Below are positions 15,801 through 24,477 of a DNA stretch of 29,181 nt, in pieces; the stretch's first letter is position 1, and the number at the start of each line of letters is the position of its first letter. The position numbers and the translations under genes are program-made. Source of the stretch: a virus (Duplodnaviria; Caudoviricetes); the IMG/VR virus record IMGVR_UViG_3300037851_000555, positions 1-29,181 of that record. One strand, 5' to 3'. A model generated the notes under the pieces. The model worked only from the letters and a program-made list of their open reading frames with translations. It did no database searches and was not told the DNA's origin.

Positions 15801-17988
15801 CGAACTGCGCCTCCATCCCTCGCAGCTCATTCACCGCGGCGAGGCTATCCAACCACATCTCAATCGTCGTGCCTTGCTTGAAGTATTTCTGTTTCAGCTC
15901 CCTGAATAGCCTCTTCACTGCCGCACCGAGGTTCATCCAGAACCCCCGGGTCTCGGGTGACAGCTGCCCAGTATCAATCTTATGCTTAATGATCCCTGAT
16001 ACACGCCTCGCGAAGAACTCCCTAAACGACAGCCAATACCTAGGATCCCTATCCTGCGCAAGGACCGTAAGTTCGTGCGGGAGATACTTCCTCGCCTCCG
16101 CGTACATGAAGTCGCTTGTCCGTATCACATCGCCGAACGTCTTATCCTTCATCTCCGCCAGCCAGCTTTCATACTCCTGCAGCAGGGCCCGCTTGATATG
16201 GGCTGGAGCCTTCTCGAAGTGAAAAGCGTGGAGGTAGTGCCCAAACTCGTGGGCCGTTGTTCCGAGGAGCCTAACCTTCCCAATAGCAGCAATCTTCCCA
16301 GTCTCAAAGAATGGGGTCCTTGGCCCAGGAACTCCAGCCTCTGCGAGGGCCTTGCGTTGTTCGCTGTTCAGCGCCATGTCCCCATAGCGCACTTGGTCGG
16401 TCCCGATGGTCAGGACTGAAGTGCCATTGCCTACTGTAGTATGCTTCCCCCCGTAGCTCGCCGGGTCAAACCTAACAACCAGCTTCCCGTCCGGCGTGTA
16501 CTTCTTAAACATATCTCGCACCAGCGGGAGGACGGAGTTATACATCCGCTCTTCCCACCGAGCTCGGTATATATCCGCCTCCGTGATCTGCTCCCCAACG
16601 GAGGACTTATACTTCAGCTTATCTCGCGCTTGCCATACTCCAGAGGTCGCGATCGTTCCGGGGGCCAGCTCCGTTGTCAACCCCCGGATCGGAATCTGTG
16701 GAACGAGCCCCCCATCAGCGTCTGTGGCATCTAGGACCGAGTCGAGAACTTCATTGTTGAGGATCTTCACGCCCAAATCAGGCGCGGAGGTTCTTGTATA
16801 CCAGTCCAGCCCAAATGCCCCAGACTCAACCACCGTGCCTGGATCCCTTGCCTGCAGCCCGGCGTCCAGCTGCGCAATCCAGTCCTTCGTCTGCGCGATC
16901 TGCTCCTCGATAGCCTGCTGTGCCCCCGGGAGATTGGAGACAGGGGTAGAGTCGATCGCGGCCTGTCGTCCCTCAGGGGTGGTAAGATCAGTAGCCAGCG
17001 CAGATGGGGGGGCCGACGGCGTCTGCGGCAGCACCGCAGGAGGAGCAGGTCCCACGCCTGCTAGCGGGGGCTCAACTACTGGCGCCCCGGGAGGCTCTAC
17101 TGCTGGAGCCCCCGGTGGCTGAATCTCCCCTGTATCGAGGCCGGTTCGCAGGTCCGCGAACTGGTCCACCGAGGCATTGATGGCGGCGGGACCAGTTGAC
17201 ATAACTCCACCGCCAACTGCGCCTAGCGCACCAGCGAAGGCGGCGTTCTCCGCGACCTCCCTTCCGGTAATCGGAACCGCAGTCTCGAGGCGAGTAGACA
17301 GATCCTCTGGGATCTGCTGCAGACCTTCTGTGACGCCCTCCGCGATGGCGGCCTTGCCTGTACCCTTCGCGACAGTGAGGATGAAGTCAATCAGCCCCTC
17401 ACTCGCCCCAGCTCCTTTCGCCGCTCCGAGGATCTTATCCAGCCCATAGCGATCAAGGGCGGTAATAACGGTCGAGGCCGGAACCTGCGCTGCGAGGTCG
17501 AGCGCGGAGGCGCCAGCCCTGCCCTCGTTCTTAGCTCTCTCTGTGGCAAGTCGGTCTGCCTGCTGCAGCGTGTAGAACAGGGCCCCAAGCGGGTGCCGCA
17601 TCATCAACATGTCTGGGACAGAATGCAGGGCCTGCTGGGCGCCCTCCTTCAAGACACCAGCTGCAATACCGCCAAAGTCTCCTTCTTCCCAGTCTTGCTT
17701 CAGCCCCTCAAGGGAGTAATAGCTCTTAACTGGCACCTCGGCGGCGGCCCCCTTAACCTCCGCGGCGTACTCCTGCATAGTGGAGGCGGCCTTGGGGCCA
17801 AGCACCCTCGGAGTAAAATACGAAGCTCCTGATAGAGTGTTCCCAAGGATCTGCGCTCCACGGCGCATAATCCCCTTTCCTATGTTCTCGAGGAAGCCGG
17901 TGGCCTCAGTGTCGTCCGGCACCCCTGACCCGGCGGGCCTTAGGTCTGCGAACGGATCGGGGGGCCGCAGGTCAGCAAAAGCATCCAC
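12841..17988 (-). CDS. large internal virion / DNA ejection protein with zincin-like HExxH motif, 1715 aa
   Basis: Last gene of the virion operon, after smaller ejection-type genes. Ala/Gly-rich N-terminal segments, TAHEFGHYLH, and a long helical C-terminal region. Confidence 0.75.
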   Translation of the reverse strand: MDAFADLRPPDPFADLRPAGSGVPDDTEATGFLENIGKGIMRRGAQILGNTLSGASYFTPRVLGPKAASTMQEYAAEVKGAAAEVPVKSYYSLEGLKQDWEEGDFGGIAAGVLKEGAQQALHSVPDMLMMRHPLGALFYTLQQADRLATERAKNEGRAGASALDLAAQVPASTVITALDRYGLDKILGAAKGAGASEGLIDFILTVAKGTGKAAIAEGVTEGLQQIPEDLSTRLETAVPITGREVAENAAFAGALGAVGGGVMSTGPAAINASVDQFADLRTGLDTGEIQPPGAPAVEPPGAPVVEPPLAGVGPAPPAVLPQTPSAPPSALATDLTTPEGRQAAIDSTPVSNLPGAQQAIEEQIAQTKDWIAQLDAGLQARDPGTVVESGAFGLDWYTRTSAPDLGVKILNNEVLDSVLDATDADGGLVPQIPIRGLTTELAPGTIATSGVWQARDKLKYKSSVGEQITEADIYRARWEERMYNSVLPLVRDMFKKYTPDGKLVVRFDPASYGGKHTTVGNGTSVLTIGTDQVRYGDMALNSEQRKALAEAGVPGPRTPFFETGKIAAIGKVRLLGTTAHEFGHYLHAFHFEKAPAHIKRALLQEYESWLAEMKDKTFGDVIRTSDFMYAEARKYLPHELTVLAQDRDPRYWLSFREFFARRVSGIIKHKIDTGQLSPETRGFWMNLGAAVKRLFRELKQKYFKQGTTIEMWLDSLAAVNELRGMEAQFVDAQKVAPTPLMHESAVALTVTDEAEGDVTAPIRPTPSKVFESLNRVFGTKLDAGSLGKNQSRFNWFMKALLTLPQVERENWTVPGVRPFVDAARRWWGTKGILTSKWDGWVDQVRRSGYGKEDLSKLWRFANEVTVLSDELQRKLTPDELAAEARKVGGLDDGLMGLWQSGREMLNDALAKLEQLAEVRINGLWNERIAQEKSIVSRQEMIKARDEALKESAKDFAKMRNRDYWPLARFGTYAVHVKATEDLNFMGRGFRKGDTMLFELFETKGEQRKRKAELLKAHGGKVTVAADRVDESIYSFMGLPPTVLRAIEGEIMGAAQSYLTGDETVDADTLKMLQDQLNALRTVMLHFTPENAFKQRLLRRKGTRGFTDDGLRAMAALGQSLAGHIARAEHRGEMDDALKELDRYRKEMAVSEDPAMAQEGNKLSDLLNYLRRSQRDMLNPGNDLANLRAAGFLWYLGAVPRAAVVQVMQPIFTTYPWLATRYGDGRAVAEMAKGYSMIRQMMKGKGEDIGVHLENALREGMEAGILNQSLFTELAGLAEGSNLQRLLPGRFLKSQDAASMIRRVGYYSSYLFQKGEEVNRLVTFRAAYMLELRKLLGMEGATEREIAKRMQELVGTPEGKEAYSLAYTAGRSATEMTQGEYARWARPELMRGKKSAIFLFKMYSQIMNYFAIRDPGKWRFLGLQLAIAGALGLPFAEDLLDILNAATQGELCKTGDIRDCVREYVQELEMNPELLMHGLARVATPWDLSGSMSHGRVVPTVEPLTAAMMPGGDIRDSALRVQSEALGALFSIPLNWAKAVSSGEERDFEQAMPTVVRDVYRTYRRVREGGERGRAGEMQVEIDWGDPLDVVTHLAQAAGFRPAEIAAESEMRWAQKEAAKYWKGRREVVVGQFYHLYKVKEPGQAVDREAMADVMEGIRGFNDSVPYPEMKISATQLRKGLKASLQRQRLGEEGQAPEKKYRRLYSEVAEGFTPAY

Positions 17989-18999
17989 CTAGAAACCTCC
18001 AGTGCGCTCTGCCTTCAGCTTGGCGTAGTTCTCTGGTGTGATCTTCAGCATGGTGCCGTCAATGAGGGGCACCGCGTCTCCTACGCCGACTGTCCCTTTC
18101 TGAACCGCCTCAGCCAGCGTCAGCCGATCATAGCCTCTCGGCCTGTCGGCAGTCGGAGCGGAGGTCGCAACTGGGGTAGAAGCCGCCGCCGGAGCTGTGG
18201 GAGCCGCGGTCTGCGCAGGCCCCCCGCGCCTCGGCGTCTTCAGCCTATTAAGCTCCTCCAGGTCCTCCCTACTCAGCTCCTTCCCCATAAGATGCAAGTC
18301 ATCCTGCCGCCTCTCAAGATCGGCGAGCCTGTCTTGGTCAAGCTTCGCGGCATAGGGTGATTCCGCCCCGCCGACGTACTGACTGGGCGTCAGCCCATAC
18401 ATCTTCTTCTGCACCGCGGCCATGCAGCTTTGGGGGGTAGAGCCTGGGATCTGTAGGCACTGCTCGTACATAGCCTTCGCCTGATCGGTGCTCATAGAAG
18501 CGTCGCCGGCACCAGCGCCCCCTCCTCCACCACCGCCCCCTCTAGCCATCCTCTCATAGTTCCTCGCCTGCATCTCCCAGAGCTTCTCCCTCGCCCCCAG
18601 CTCCCGTTCCTCCAACCCCAGCCTCCGGTCCTCCCTGCCCTCCTTCCGGAGGAGTGCCTCCTCCCCAAGGCCCTGTTGACGCTGTTTCTCCCTGATAGCT
18701 CCTGCCCTTCCCATCGCGCCGAAGCCCTCAGAGATAGCCTCCGGGCCAGTCCGGCCACTGCCTAGCGCAGTCCCCATCTGCAGCAGCGCAACGGCGATCT
18801 CGGGCTGCTTAACCAGCTCGCCAAGCGCGCTCGTCCAGCCCTGCACCCGTTGCTGGTATTCCTCCTGCGACGCTGGGGGTCCCATACCCTGTGGCTGTTC
18901 CTGCACCGGCTGCCCAGTCAGCGCACCCGCGAGCTGGCCACTGGGTGCAGAGGGTTGCTGGAAGCTCTGCAACTCCGCAAACGGATTCATATCTGTCAT
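17989..18999 (-). CDS. putative internal virion/ejection protein, 336 aa
   Basis: Gln/Ala/Gly-rich, hydrophobic ALLQMGTALG segment, charged coiled coil, poly-Gly linker. ATGA-coupled. Confidence 0.65.
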   Translation of the reverse strand: MTDMNPFAELQSFQQPSAPSGQLAGALTGQPVQEQPQGMGPPASQEEYQQRVQGWTSALGELVKQPEIAVALLQMGTALGSGRTGPEAISEGFGAMGRAGAIREKQRQQGLGEEALLRKEGREDRRLGLEERELGAREKLWEMQARNYERMARGGGGGGGGAGAGDASMSTDQAKAMYEQCLQIPGSTPQSCMAAVQKKMYGLTPSQYVGGAESPYAAKLDQDRLADLERRQDDLHLMGKELSREDLEELNRLKTPRRGGPAQTAAPTAPAAASTPVATSAPTADRPRGYDRLTLAEAVQKGTVGVGDAVPLIDGTMLKITPENYAKLKAERTGGF

Positions 19000-19346
19000 C
19001 GCCTCATCCCCTGGAGTAGCATACCCAGCGAGGGCACCTGCGGCCCTCGCGGCCCGCCCGCCTGCATCTGCAGCTTCGCCGAGTTGTTTGCTGCGCCGGC
19101 CTGCCCGCCGGGCACGACCGGAGGATTAACATAGTGCCGGCTCATCGCCGCCTTCTGCATATCCATTCTGTCATCACCGTAGCCCTTCAGCGCGCCCATC
19201 ATCTGCATGAGCTGCTGGAAGCTGCCAGGCCTCGGCGGCGCAGCCTGCATTGCTAGCTGCTGGGCAACGGCCGAGAAGCGCTGGGCCGCGTCAGCTCCAA
19301 GGTCCGAGCCAACACCCCAGTCATCGAAGTAGAGATCTTCTGCCAT
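18996..19346 (-). CDS. small putative internal virion protein, 116 aa
   Basis: GGAGG SD. Gln/Met/Ala-rich low-complexity sequence within the ejection gene block. Confidence 0.65.
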   Translation of the reverse strand: MAEDLYFDDWGVGSDLGADAAQRFSAVAQQLAMQAAPPRPGSFQQLMQMMGALKGYGDDRMDMQKAAMSRHYVNPPVVPGGQAGAANNSAKLQMQAGGPRGPQVPSLGMLLQGMRR

Positions 19347-19355
19347 GTTGGCCTC

Positions 19356-20531
19356 CTAGCTGAACAGACTGAACAGAGCCATTGCTGCGGCGGCCCAGGG
19401 AGCCGCCTCGATCAACGCTACACCGCCGACGCTCGCTGTCGAACTGGCCAGTGCACCATACGTCCCCAGGCCCGTCATCGCGGCCCCCGCGACCTTGCCC
19501 AGCGTACTGGTCTGCCCAGTATCCCCCTCCGTCGTGGAGGAAGAGCTACCACCGTAGGTCCCCCTAACCATGTTCGCGTAGTCTTCCAGCCTCGCCTGCG
19601 GCAACGCCTGTTCATAATTCCACCGAGCCACAGCATCATCAATCTGCGCTTGCTGCATAGCTTGGTTCTGCGCGCCCACACTATCCAGCATCTGCATAGG
19701 CAACGTGCCAGACTGTACCATCGTCGGGTTCAGCGCGGTCGCTCGCTGCATCGTCTGCAGCCCGGTGTTGTAGGCTCCAAGGTTGGTCTCCGCGAGCATC
19801 TTCGCCAGGGCGTCGGCGTTGTTGGAAATGGCATTGCTGACGCCCATATCTGCCTGCTGGAGGTAGTTCCCCAGCGTACTCGCAGAGGTGTCGTAGGACT
19901 GCTGAAAGGCGTTGGCGAAGTTCGTGCCGTAGTCGGTCAGCTGCTTCGTCGCATCCGACAGCGCAAGGCCCTGTGCGACCCCCTGCCTGCTGCCCCCATA
20001 CTGCCCCGCGGCCACCGCTCCAGAGTCGATCGCAGGAATCCAGTTCCTCTGCAGCTGATTCGCGATGTCATCGCGCGTGGTCTCGTAGCTACGCTGGTAG
20101 TCCTCCAGCGTGTCCCCCATCGTCCTGCCGAATCGGTCGATGTTCTGCGTGCCGGCGAGGCTATAGGCCCCAACCTGCTGCAGACCGGCGGTCGTCAAGT
20201 CCTGCGCTGCGGCGTCGTTCATTGCTTGGACGTACTGGTTGTTCGCCACGTCCAGCATGTTGTTGGGGTCGAGCATGTAGGCCTGCGCCTCCAGGCCTCT
20301 GTTCGTCAGATCCGTCGCCCCGTTCAGCGCATAGTTCTTCAGCCACTGCTGCGCTTGCAGCTGGTCTGCGTTGAAGGGCGCGACCGTCTGTCCAGGATAG
20401 TACGACTGCGGCTGGTTGTAGTACAGGTCCTGCGCCTGCGCGAAGAGGTCCTGCAGGTAGGGCTGCTGCCCAGACCAAGGGTCGGCCTGCTGTACTGTGG
20501 TCGTCTGGCTTCCGCCACTATCTTTGCCCAT
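19356..20531 (-). CDS. putative DNA ejection/pilot protein, 391 aa
   Basis: MGKDSGGSQTTT..DPW..QQPYL N-terminus, AGQYGGSRQGVAQ motif, Gln/Ala-rich coils, hydrophobic Gly/Ala C-terminus. GAGGAGG SD. Confidence 0.75.
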   Translation of the reverse strand: MGKDSGGSQTTTVQQADPWSGQQPYLQDLFAQAQDLYYNQPQSYYPGQTVAPFNADQLQAQQWLKNYALNGATDLTNRGLEAQAYMLDPNNMLDVANNQYVQAMNDAAAQDLTTAGLQQVGAYSLAGTQNIDRFGRTMGDTLEDYQRSYETTRDDIANQLQRNWIPAIDSGAVAAGQYGGSRQGVAQGLALSDATKQLTDYGTNFANAFQQSYDTSASTLGNYLQQADMGVSNAISNNADALAKMLAETNLGAYNTGLQTMQRATALNPTMVQSGTLPMQMLDSVGAQNQAMQQAQIDDAVARWNYEQALPQARLEDYANMVRGTYGGSSSSTTEGDTGQTSTLGKVAGAAMTGLGTYGALASSTASVGGVALIEAAPWAAAAMALFSLFS

Positions 20532-20546
20532 GGTAGCCTCCTCGCA

Positions 20547-21515
20547 TCACACGAATGCGTTTCCGAGCCAGTTCATCGCAGGCTGCTGCTGCTGCGCCAC
20601 AGGCATAGCCGCCGGACTGGCTGTCGGCGTTGGGAGCTTGTATGGCGTTGGGGCAACTGTCGTCGCCTGCGCCGAGGGCAGCGCGGCCCGGTTCTCCTGC
20701 TGCCCAAACAGCAGATAGTGCTGATAGGGGCTGGTGAACTGCCCAGCGGCCACTGCCGCAGCGACATCCGGGTTCTGCGCGAGGTAGAAGTTCGGATCGA
20801 AGGCGGCAGGCGGTGATGGCACAAACGGCCCACCTGCGGTGGAGGGCAGGGGAGTCCTCGCCTCAGCCTGGCCGAACTGCTGATAGTGCGCGAGCCCACT
20901 GGGGAACTGCCCCATCGCTACGGCCCGCGCGACGTCAGGGTTTGTCTGGAGATAAAAACGCTCATCGAAGCCAGAAGGGGTTGTCGTCCCGGTCAACGAG
21001 GCCCCAAGGCCGGCGCTGTTTGCCGGGCCGGTGGGAAGCGGTTGCCCGGGCTGCCCCGGAACAGTCTTACCACCAGGAGCGGCGCCTCCAACTCCCTTAC
21101 CCCCACCAACTGGAGCACCACCCTGCGCCGGATATCCTCCTCCGGTCCTTAGCCCCATCATCCGCTGCTGCCGGTTCAATAGGCCCTGCGGGACGTTCCC
21201 CCCATTCGCCCGCATCTGCTGGATCCTGTCGTTGATCTTGCCCAGTTGCTCGGCCTTGTAGACGTCGGGACCACTGCGCTCCAGCGCCCGCGCAGGCATC
21301 ACCGGCTGCGGAGTCGCATTCTGTTGCGTCCCCGCCGCCATTTGATACCCCGGCAGCCTCGCACTCGGCGACAACGCAGTCTGCGAGGTCATCTGCTGAT
21401 AAACCGGCGTCGTGTTGTTGCCGAAGAAGCTAGTCGGCTGGGGCTTCAACCCAGTGAGGTAGTTTGATAGCGCCTGCCCAGAACCAGCGGGGGCCGAGCC
21501 AGAGGTCTTACCCAT
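20547..21515 (-). CDS. low-complexity virion-operon protein with two 43-aa FD..FYL..NPDV repeats, 322 aa
   Basis: AAGGAG SD and MGK N-terminus. Pro/Gly/Gln-rich, with a duplicated domain. Confidence 0.75.
   Translation of the reverse strand: MGKTSGSAPAGSGQALSNYLTGLKPQPTSFFGNNTTPVYQQMTSQTALSPSARLPGYQMAAGTQQNATPQPVMPARALERSGPDVYKAEQLGKINDRIQQMRANGGNVPQGLLNRQQRMMGLRTGGGYPAQGGAPVGGGKGVGGAAPGGKTVPGQPGQPLPTGPANSAGLGASLTGTTTPSGFDERFYLQTNPDVARAVAMGQFPSGLAHYQQFGQAEARTPLPSTAGGPFVPSPPAAFDPNFYLAQNPDVAAAVAAGQFTSPYQHYLLFGQQENRAALPSAQATTVAPTPYKLPTPTASPAAMPVAQQQQPAMNWLGNAFV
20673..20969 (-). repeat. two diverged 129-nt intragenic repeats (20841-20969 and 20673-20801)
   Basis: FDERFYLQTNPDVARAVAMGQFPSGLAHYQQFGQAEARTPLPS versus FDPNFYLAQNPDVAAAVAAGQFTSPYQHYLLFGQQENRAALPS. 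Confidence 0.9.
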
Positions 21516-21924
21516 TGTAAATCTCCTTCACGACTGTAGTGTATTTCGGCCGGTAATCCAGCCCCCGTAAGGCGCGTGCCCAGCCAGCCCGACCGCAGAT
21601 CTCAATCCCGTTCGCGCCGATAGCCTTCGCACCCTTCACCAGCATTTCATCAACCTCTCCCACCCACTGGTCCAGCCCTTCGCCTCCTGCAAACACCACC
21701 CTCAGGGCTCTCCGTCTCGTGTAATCTACCACCTGCGTGACGAGAGCTGCAAGGATTTTTTCCTCATCCAGTGCGACAAGCATCTGCATGTTGCCGCTCT
21801 GGAGATGCTCCCAGACGTCTCCGAGGTTCATCTCCCCCCAGCCCTCATCAAGGGCCAGTTGGATAAGCCCCGACACGCGGGGCCAGACAAGGGCGAGCAG
21901 TTCCCCAGTGGGGTGAATGACCAT
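21508..21924 (-). CDS. GNAT-fold-like virion assembly protein (positional analogue of T7 gp13 / P22 gp14), 138 aa
   Basis: Size, the GG..L..W...A...G...I...GRAGWAR pattern, and position between the tail tube gene and the ejection genes. TGATG coupling. Confidence 0.6.
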   Translation of the reverse strand: MVIHPTGELLALVWPRVSGLIQLALDEGWGEMNLGDVWEHLQSGNMQMLVALDEEKILAALVTQVVDYTRRRALRVVFAGGEGLDQWVGEVDEMLVKGAKAIGANGIEICGRAGWARALRGLDYRPKYTTVVKEIYNG

Positions 21925-23507
21925 CAGTACATCCCGATGGGCACAAGGTCCAGCTCATAAGCTGACAGCCGCCAGCGCTCAGAGCCGGCGCTGGTGAAGG
22001 AGACAGCAAACAGTTCGCCGGAGATCGTTAGATCCAGCTTGATGTTCGCGCCGATGGTGAAGGTCTGCGGGCTGCCCCAGTCCACGATGTCCATCAGCGG
22101 GCTCTCGGAGCCCACCGTCACAGAGACCGAGCCTTGCCCCCCGAGGCGGGGGTACATCTCTCGCACGAGGGATTGCCCGCCACCATCCGCCACACGCAGG
22201 CCCGTGCGTGTCAGTGTCGAGGTGAAGGCTGTCCCATCCGCGCTCGTACCCTCATCCATCGCGTAGAAGTCCACTCCAACAGCCACCGGCGTGTCGGCGT
22301 TGGGGTCGTAGGATTGGAAGTCCCAGCTCAAGGACTTGTCAGCATCCCAGCTGTAGGAGCTGCCCGACGCAGGCCAGGAGTCCAGCTCCTGCCTCTCAGC
22401 ATAGATCTGCAGGCTCATGAACCGGCAAGCGGGGATGTCTCGCGTAGACCACGCGCCGGTCTTGTAGTTGTACACGTGGGCCTTAGTGACCTGCGTGCCG
22501 TTTACTGGCACATAGCAGATCCAGACCTCTTCGAACTCCCGGCTGTGTACAAGAAAGCAGGAGGACAGCATCGTCTGCTCAATCCCCCGGAAGAACGCAT
22601 CGGCCTCCTTCCCATCGAGGATATTTGTGACCTGCTGCCCGTCGTGCATGTAGACTACGCCATCACCCAGGACAACGTGCGCCCCGCCTATATCCACCAC
22701 GCAGTCCTGCGCGAGGATCCCGTGCGTGTGGGAGAACTTATCCACGCGGAACTGGAACTGGCCTCCCGTGTAGGACATGATCCAGATCGAGTCCTGCTTG
22801 TAGACGACAAAGACGTCCCGGAGGGACAGCCCATCGACGACGTAGCCTCTCGTATCAGCGATGTCTACCCGGCCGCTGAGCGTCGTCGGGTCGCTATAGT
22901 CCCAGGACGGCGGTATAGTGCCTGGGTCCGCTGGGTCGCTCCAGTGGACAAGATAAGGGTACTCTGTCGCGTTCTCCTTAATCCCAAGGGCGATGAGAAA
23001 GTTCCGATAGGCCCGAATGACCTTCGCACGATAGGCGTGGCTCGACCCGTCGTAGTTGTCCCAGGTCTGGGTGCTTTTGTAGGTCAGGCCCGCGCAGTCC
23101 GATGCGACGTTCCCTCCCCAATACTGCGGGCATTCGTCGTAGTTGTTGAGGATAAAGACCCCATTGAACACGCAGCCATTCCACTTGTAGCTCGCGTCAT
23201 AGTCTCCACTGGCCCACGTGATCTCTGTCTCGGTCGTGCCATCGTAGGCGAAGATAGCCTCGGCCTCTCCATCGTCGTCAGTGTCAGCCGGATAGACCAT
23301 CCACCAGGTCGTGCCAATGGCCATGCCGAGGAGATAATGGGCCTCGCCGGAGGGGGTGAAGAAGCTCTCATATCCCCCAACGGGCTCGGCGAAGTTCCTT
23401 CGAAAGCGGACATTGTGGGCGGTATTCCAGGCGGCGTGTGTAACCTCCGGCCTGTCGAGGTCGGTCACGAGCCCCAACGACCCAACATTGTCGATCTTCA
23501 GTCTCAC
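21924..23507 (-). CDS. tail tubular protein B / head-tail stabilisation protein (P22 gp10-like), 527 aa
   Basis: GL..D...AW..A.NVRF N-terminus, V.WSD..DP...P.SW, beta-propeller-like repeats, YNYKTGAWS.RD. Confidence 0.75.
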   Translation of the reverse strand: MRLKIDNVGSLGLVTDLDRPEVTHAAWNTAHNVRFRRNFAEPVGGYESFFTPSGEAHYLLGMAIGTTWWMVYPADTDDDGEAEAIFAYDGTTETEITWASGDYDASYKWNGCVFNGVFILNNYDECPQYWGGNVASDCAGLTYKSTQTWDNYDGSSHAYRAKVIRAYRNFLIALGIKENATEYPYLVHWSDPADPGTIPPSWDYSDPTTLSGRVDIADTRGYVVDGLSLRDVFVVYKQDSIWIMSYTGGQFQFRVDKFSHTHGILAQDCVVDIGGAHVVLGDGVVYMHDGQQVTNILDGKEADAFFRGIEQTMLSSCFLVHSREFEEVWICYVPVNGTQVTKAHVYNYKTGAWSTRDIPACRFMSLQIYAERQELDSWPASGSSYSWDADKSLSWDFQSYDPNADTPVAVGVDFYAMDEGTSADGTAFTSTLTRTGLRVADGGGQSLVREMYPRLGGQGSVSVTVGSESPLMDIVDWGSPQTFTIGANIKLDLTISGELFAVSFTSAGSERWRLSAYELDLVPIGMY

Positions 23508-23788
23508 AACACCCTCTCCAGCTCCGCGAGCGAGAGGCTATTATTCGCCAGGGCGTTGGCGACTTCAGCCCTGGCCTCGGCGGCGAGCTGCTCGTTGACG
23601 AGGTGGAATAAGAGGCCCCCAATGGTGGCAGGATCGCCCGCCTTTAGTGCAGTTAGAATGTGGTCCTTTTCCGCCGGCGTCGCACCCCCCACAGCCGCCA
23701 CCAACTGCCCCCACGTCAGATCCCTCCGCATCTTCGCCTGCACCCTCCGCGCGAGCTTCGCGGCGATTTCCTCTTTCGTCAGAGCCAT
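23504..23788 (-). CDS. hypothetical helical protein, 94 aa
   Basis: GGAGG SD and overlap coupling at both ends. Confidence 0.7.
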   Translation of the reverse strand: MALTKEEIAAKLARRVQAKMRRDLTWGQLVAAVGGATPAEKDHILTALKAGDPATIGGLLFHLVNEQLAAEARAEVANALANNSLSLAELERVL

Positions 23789-24477
23789 CAGAAGTCTCCT
23801 CCGAGGAAGATAGACTGAGCCAGGTCGATGTCGGCCTCCAGATGCCAGAAGGCATAGTCCACATCCCGGCCCGTAGATGTCACCGCCTGCGCTTCATAGT
23901 AGGTCGCGAACGGGAGGGCCTTGGTATAGGTTGCAAGGCACCAGGCCGTAGACGTCGAGTTCGTCTCCGCGGCGACAGAGTAGCCTGTCGGAGCAGACAA
24001 GTTCGCCGCAACGTCGGCGATCAACCCCGTGAATACACCAAGGTTACCCTCTCGGCTAATGGCGATAGCGCCATCCTCCGCATTGCTTGGGATCCCGCCG
24101 TCGTTGTCTGTGTTTCCTCCCCTACCAGCATAGTCATCGACCAAGCTCCCACCACCAACCTCCAACAAGTGCATTATCATCTCGTTGGGAGTGTCTACTG
24201 GCGCGAAGGTGTCCTTCACCCAGGTCACCGAGGCGTTGACACTACCAGCGGTTGCATTAGCCTTCCACCAAGCCCCGATGATATTGTTTCCTACGCTCAT
24301 GTCCCCCACTGTCGGCTCTAGCGCTGCCCAGCCGCTCGGCCCCGTGAGACTGCCAGGATCGTAGTTCAGCTCTGCCGCGACAACGCAGATCAACAGCGTG
24401 TCGGCCGCGGCAGTAATATTGCCAGTCACCGTGGCACTGCCGGTGGACGACGAGACTGCTATCTCTGCAAGGTTCAT
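23788..24477 (-). CDS. putative tail fibre-associated beta-rich protein, 229 aa
   Basis: ATGA-coupled start MNLAEIAV. Ser/Thr/Ala-rich, with T.PSGW and P.GYS motifs. Confidence 0.6.
   Translation of the reverse strand: MNLAEIAVSSSTGSATVTGNITAAADTLLICVVAAELNYDPGSLTGPSGWAALEPTVGDMSVGNNIIGAWWKANATAGSVNASVTWVKDTFAPVDTPNEMIMHLLEVGGGSLVDDYAGRGGNTDNDGGIPSNAEDGAIAISREGNLGVFTGLIADVAANLSAPTGYSVAAETNSTSTAWCLATYTKALPFATYYEAQAVTSTGRDVDYAFWHLEADIDLAQSIFLGGDF

Noticed and set aside
18510-18545. Poly-Gly tract as a hypervariable repeat
   Set aside because: Mixed Gly codons. This is an ordinary flexible linker.
22134-23813. Long antisense/alternative-frame ORFs (e.g. 22134-23813 +, 19650-20816 +, 4113-5060 +, 5249-6205 -)
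   Set aside because: Shadows of real genes in high-GC DNA, with skewed Arg/Ser/Pro/Val composition, no SD and no motifs.
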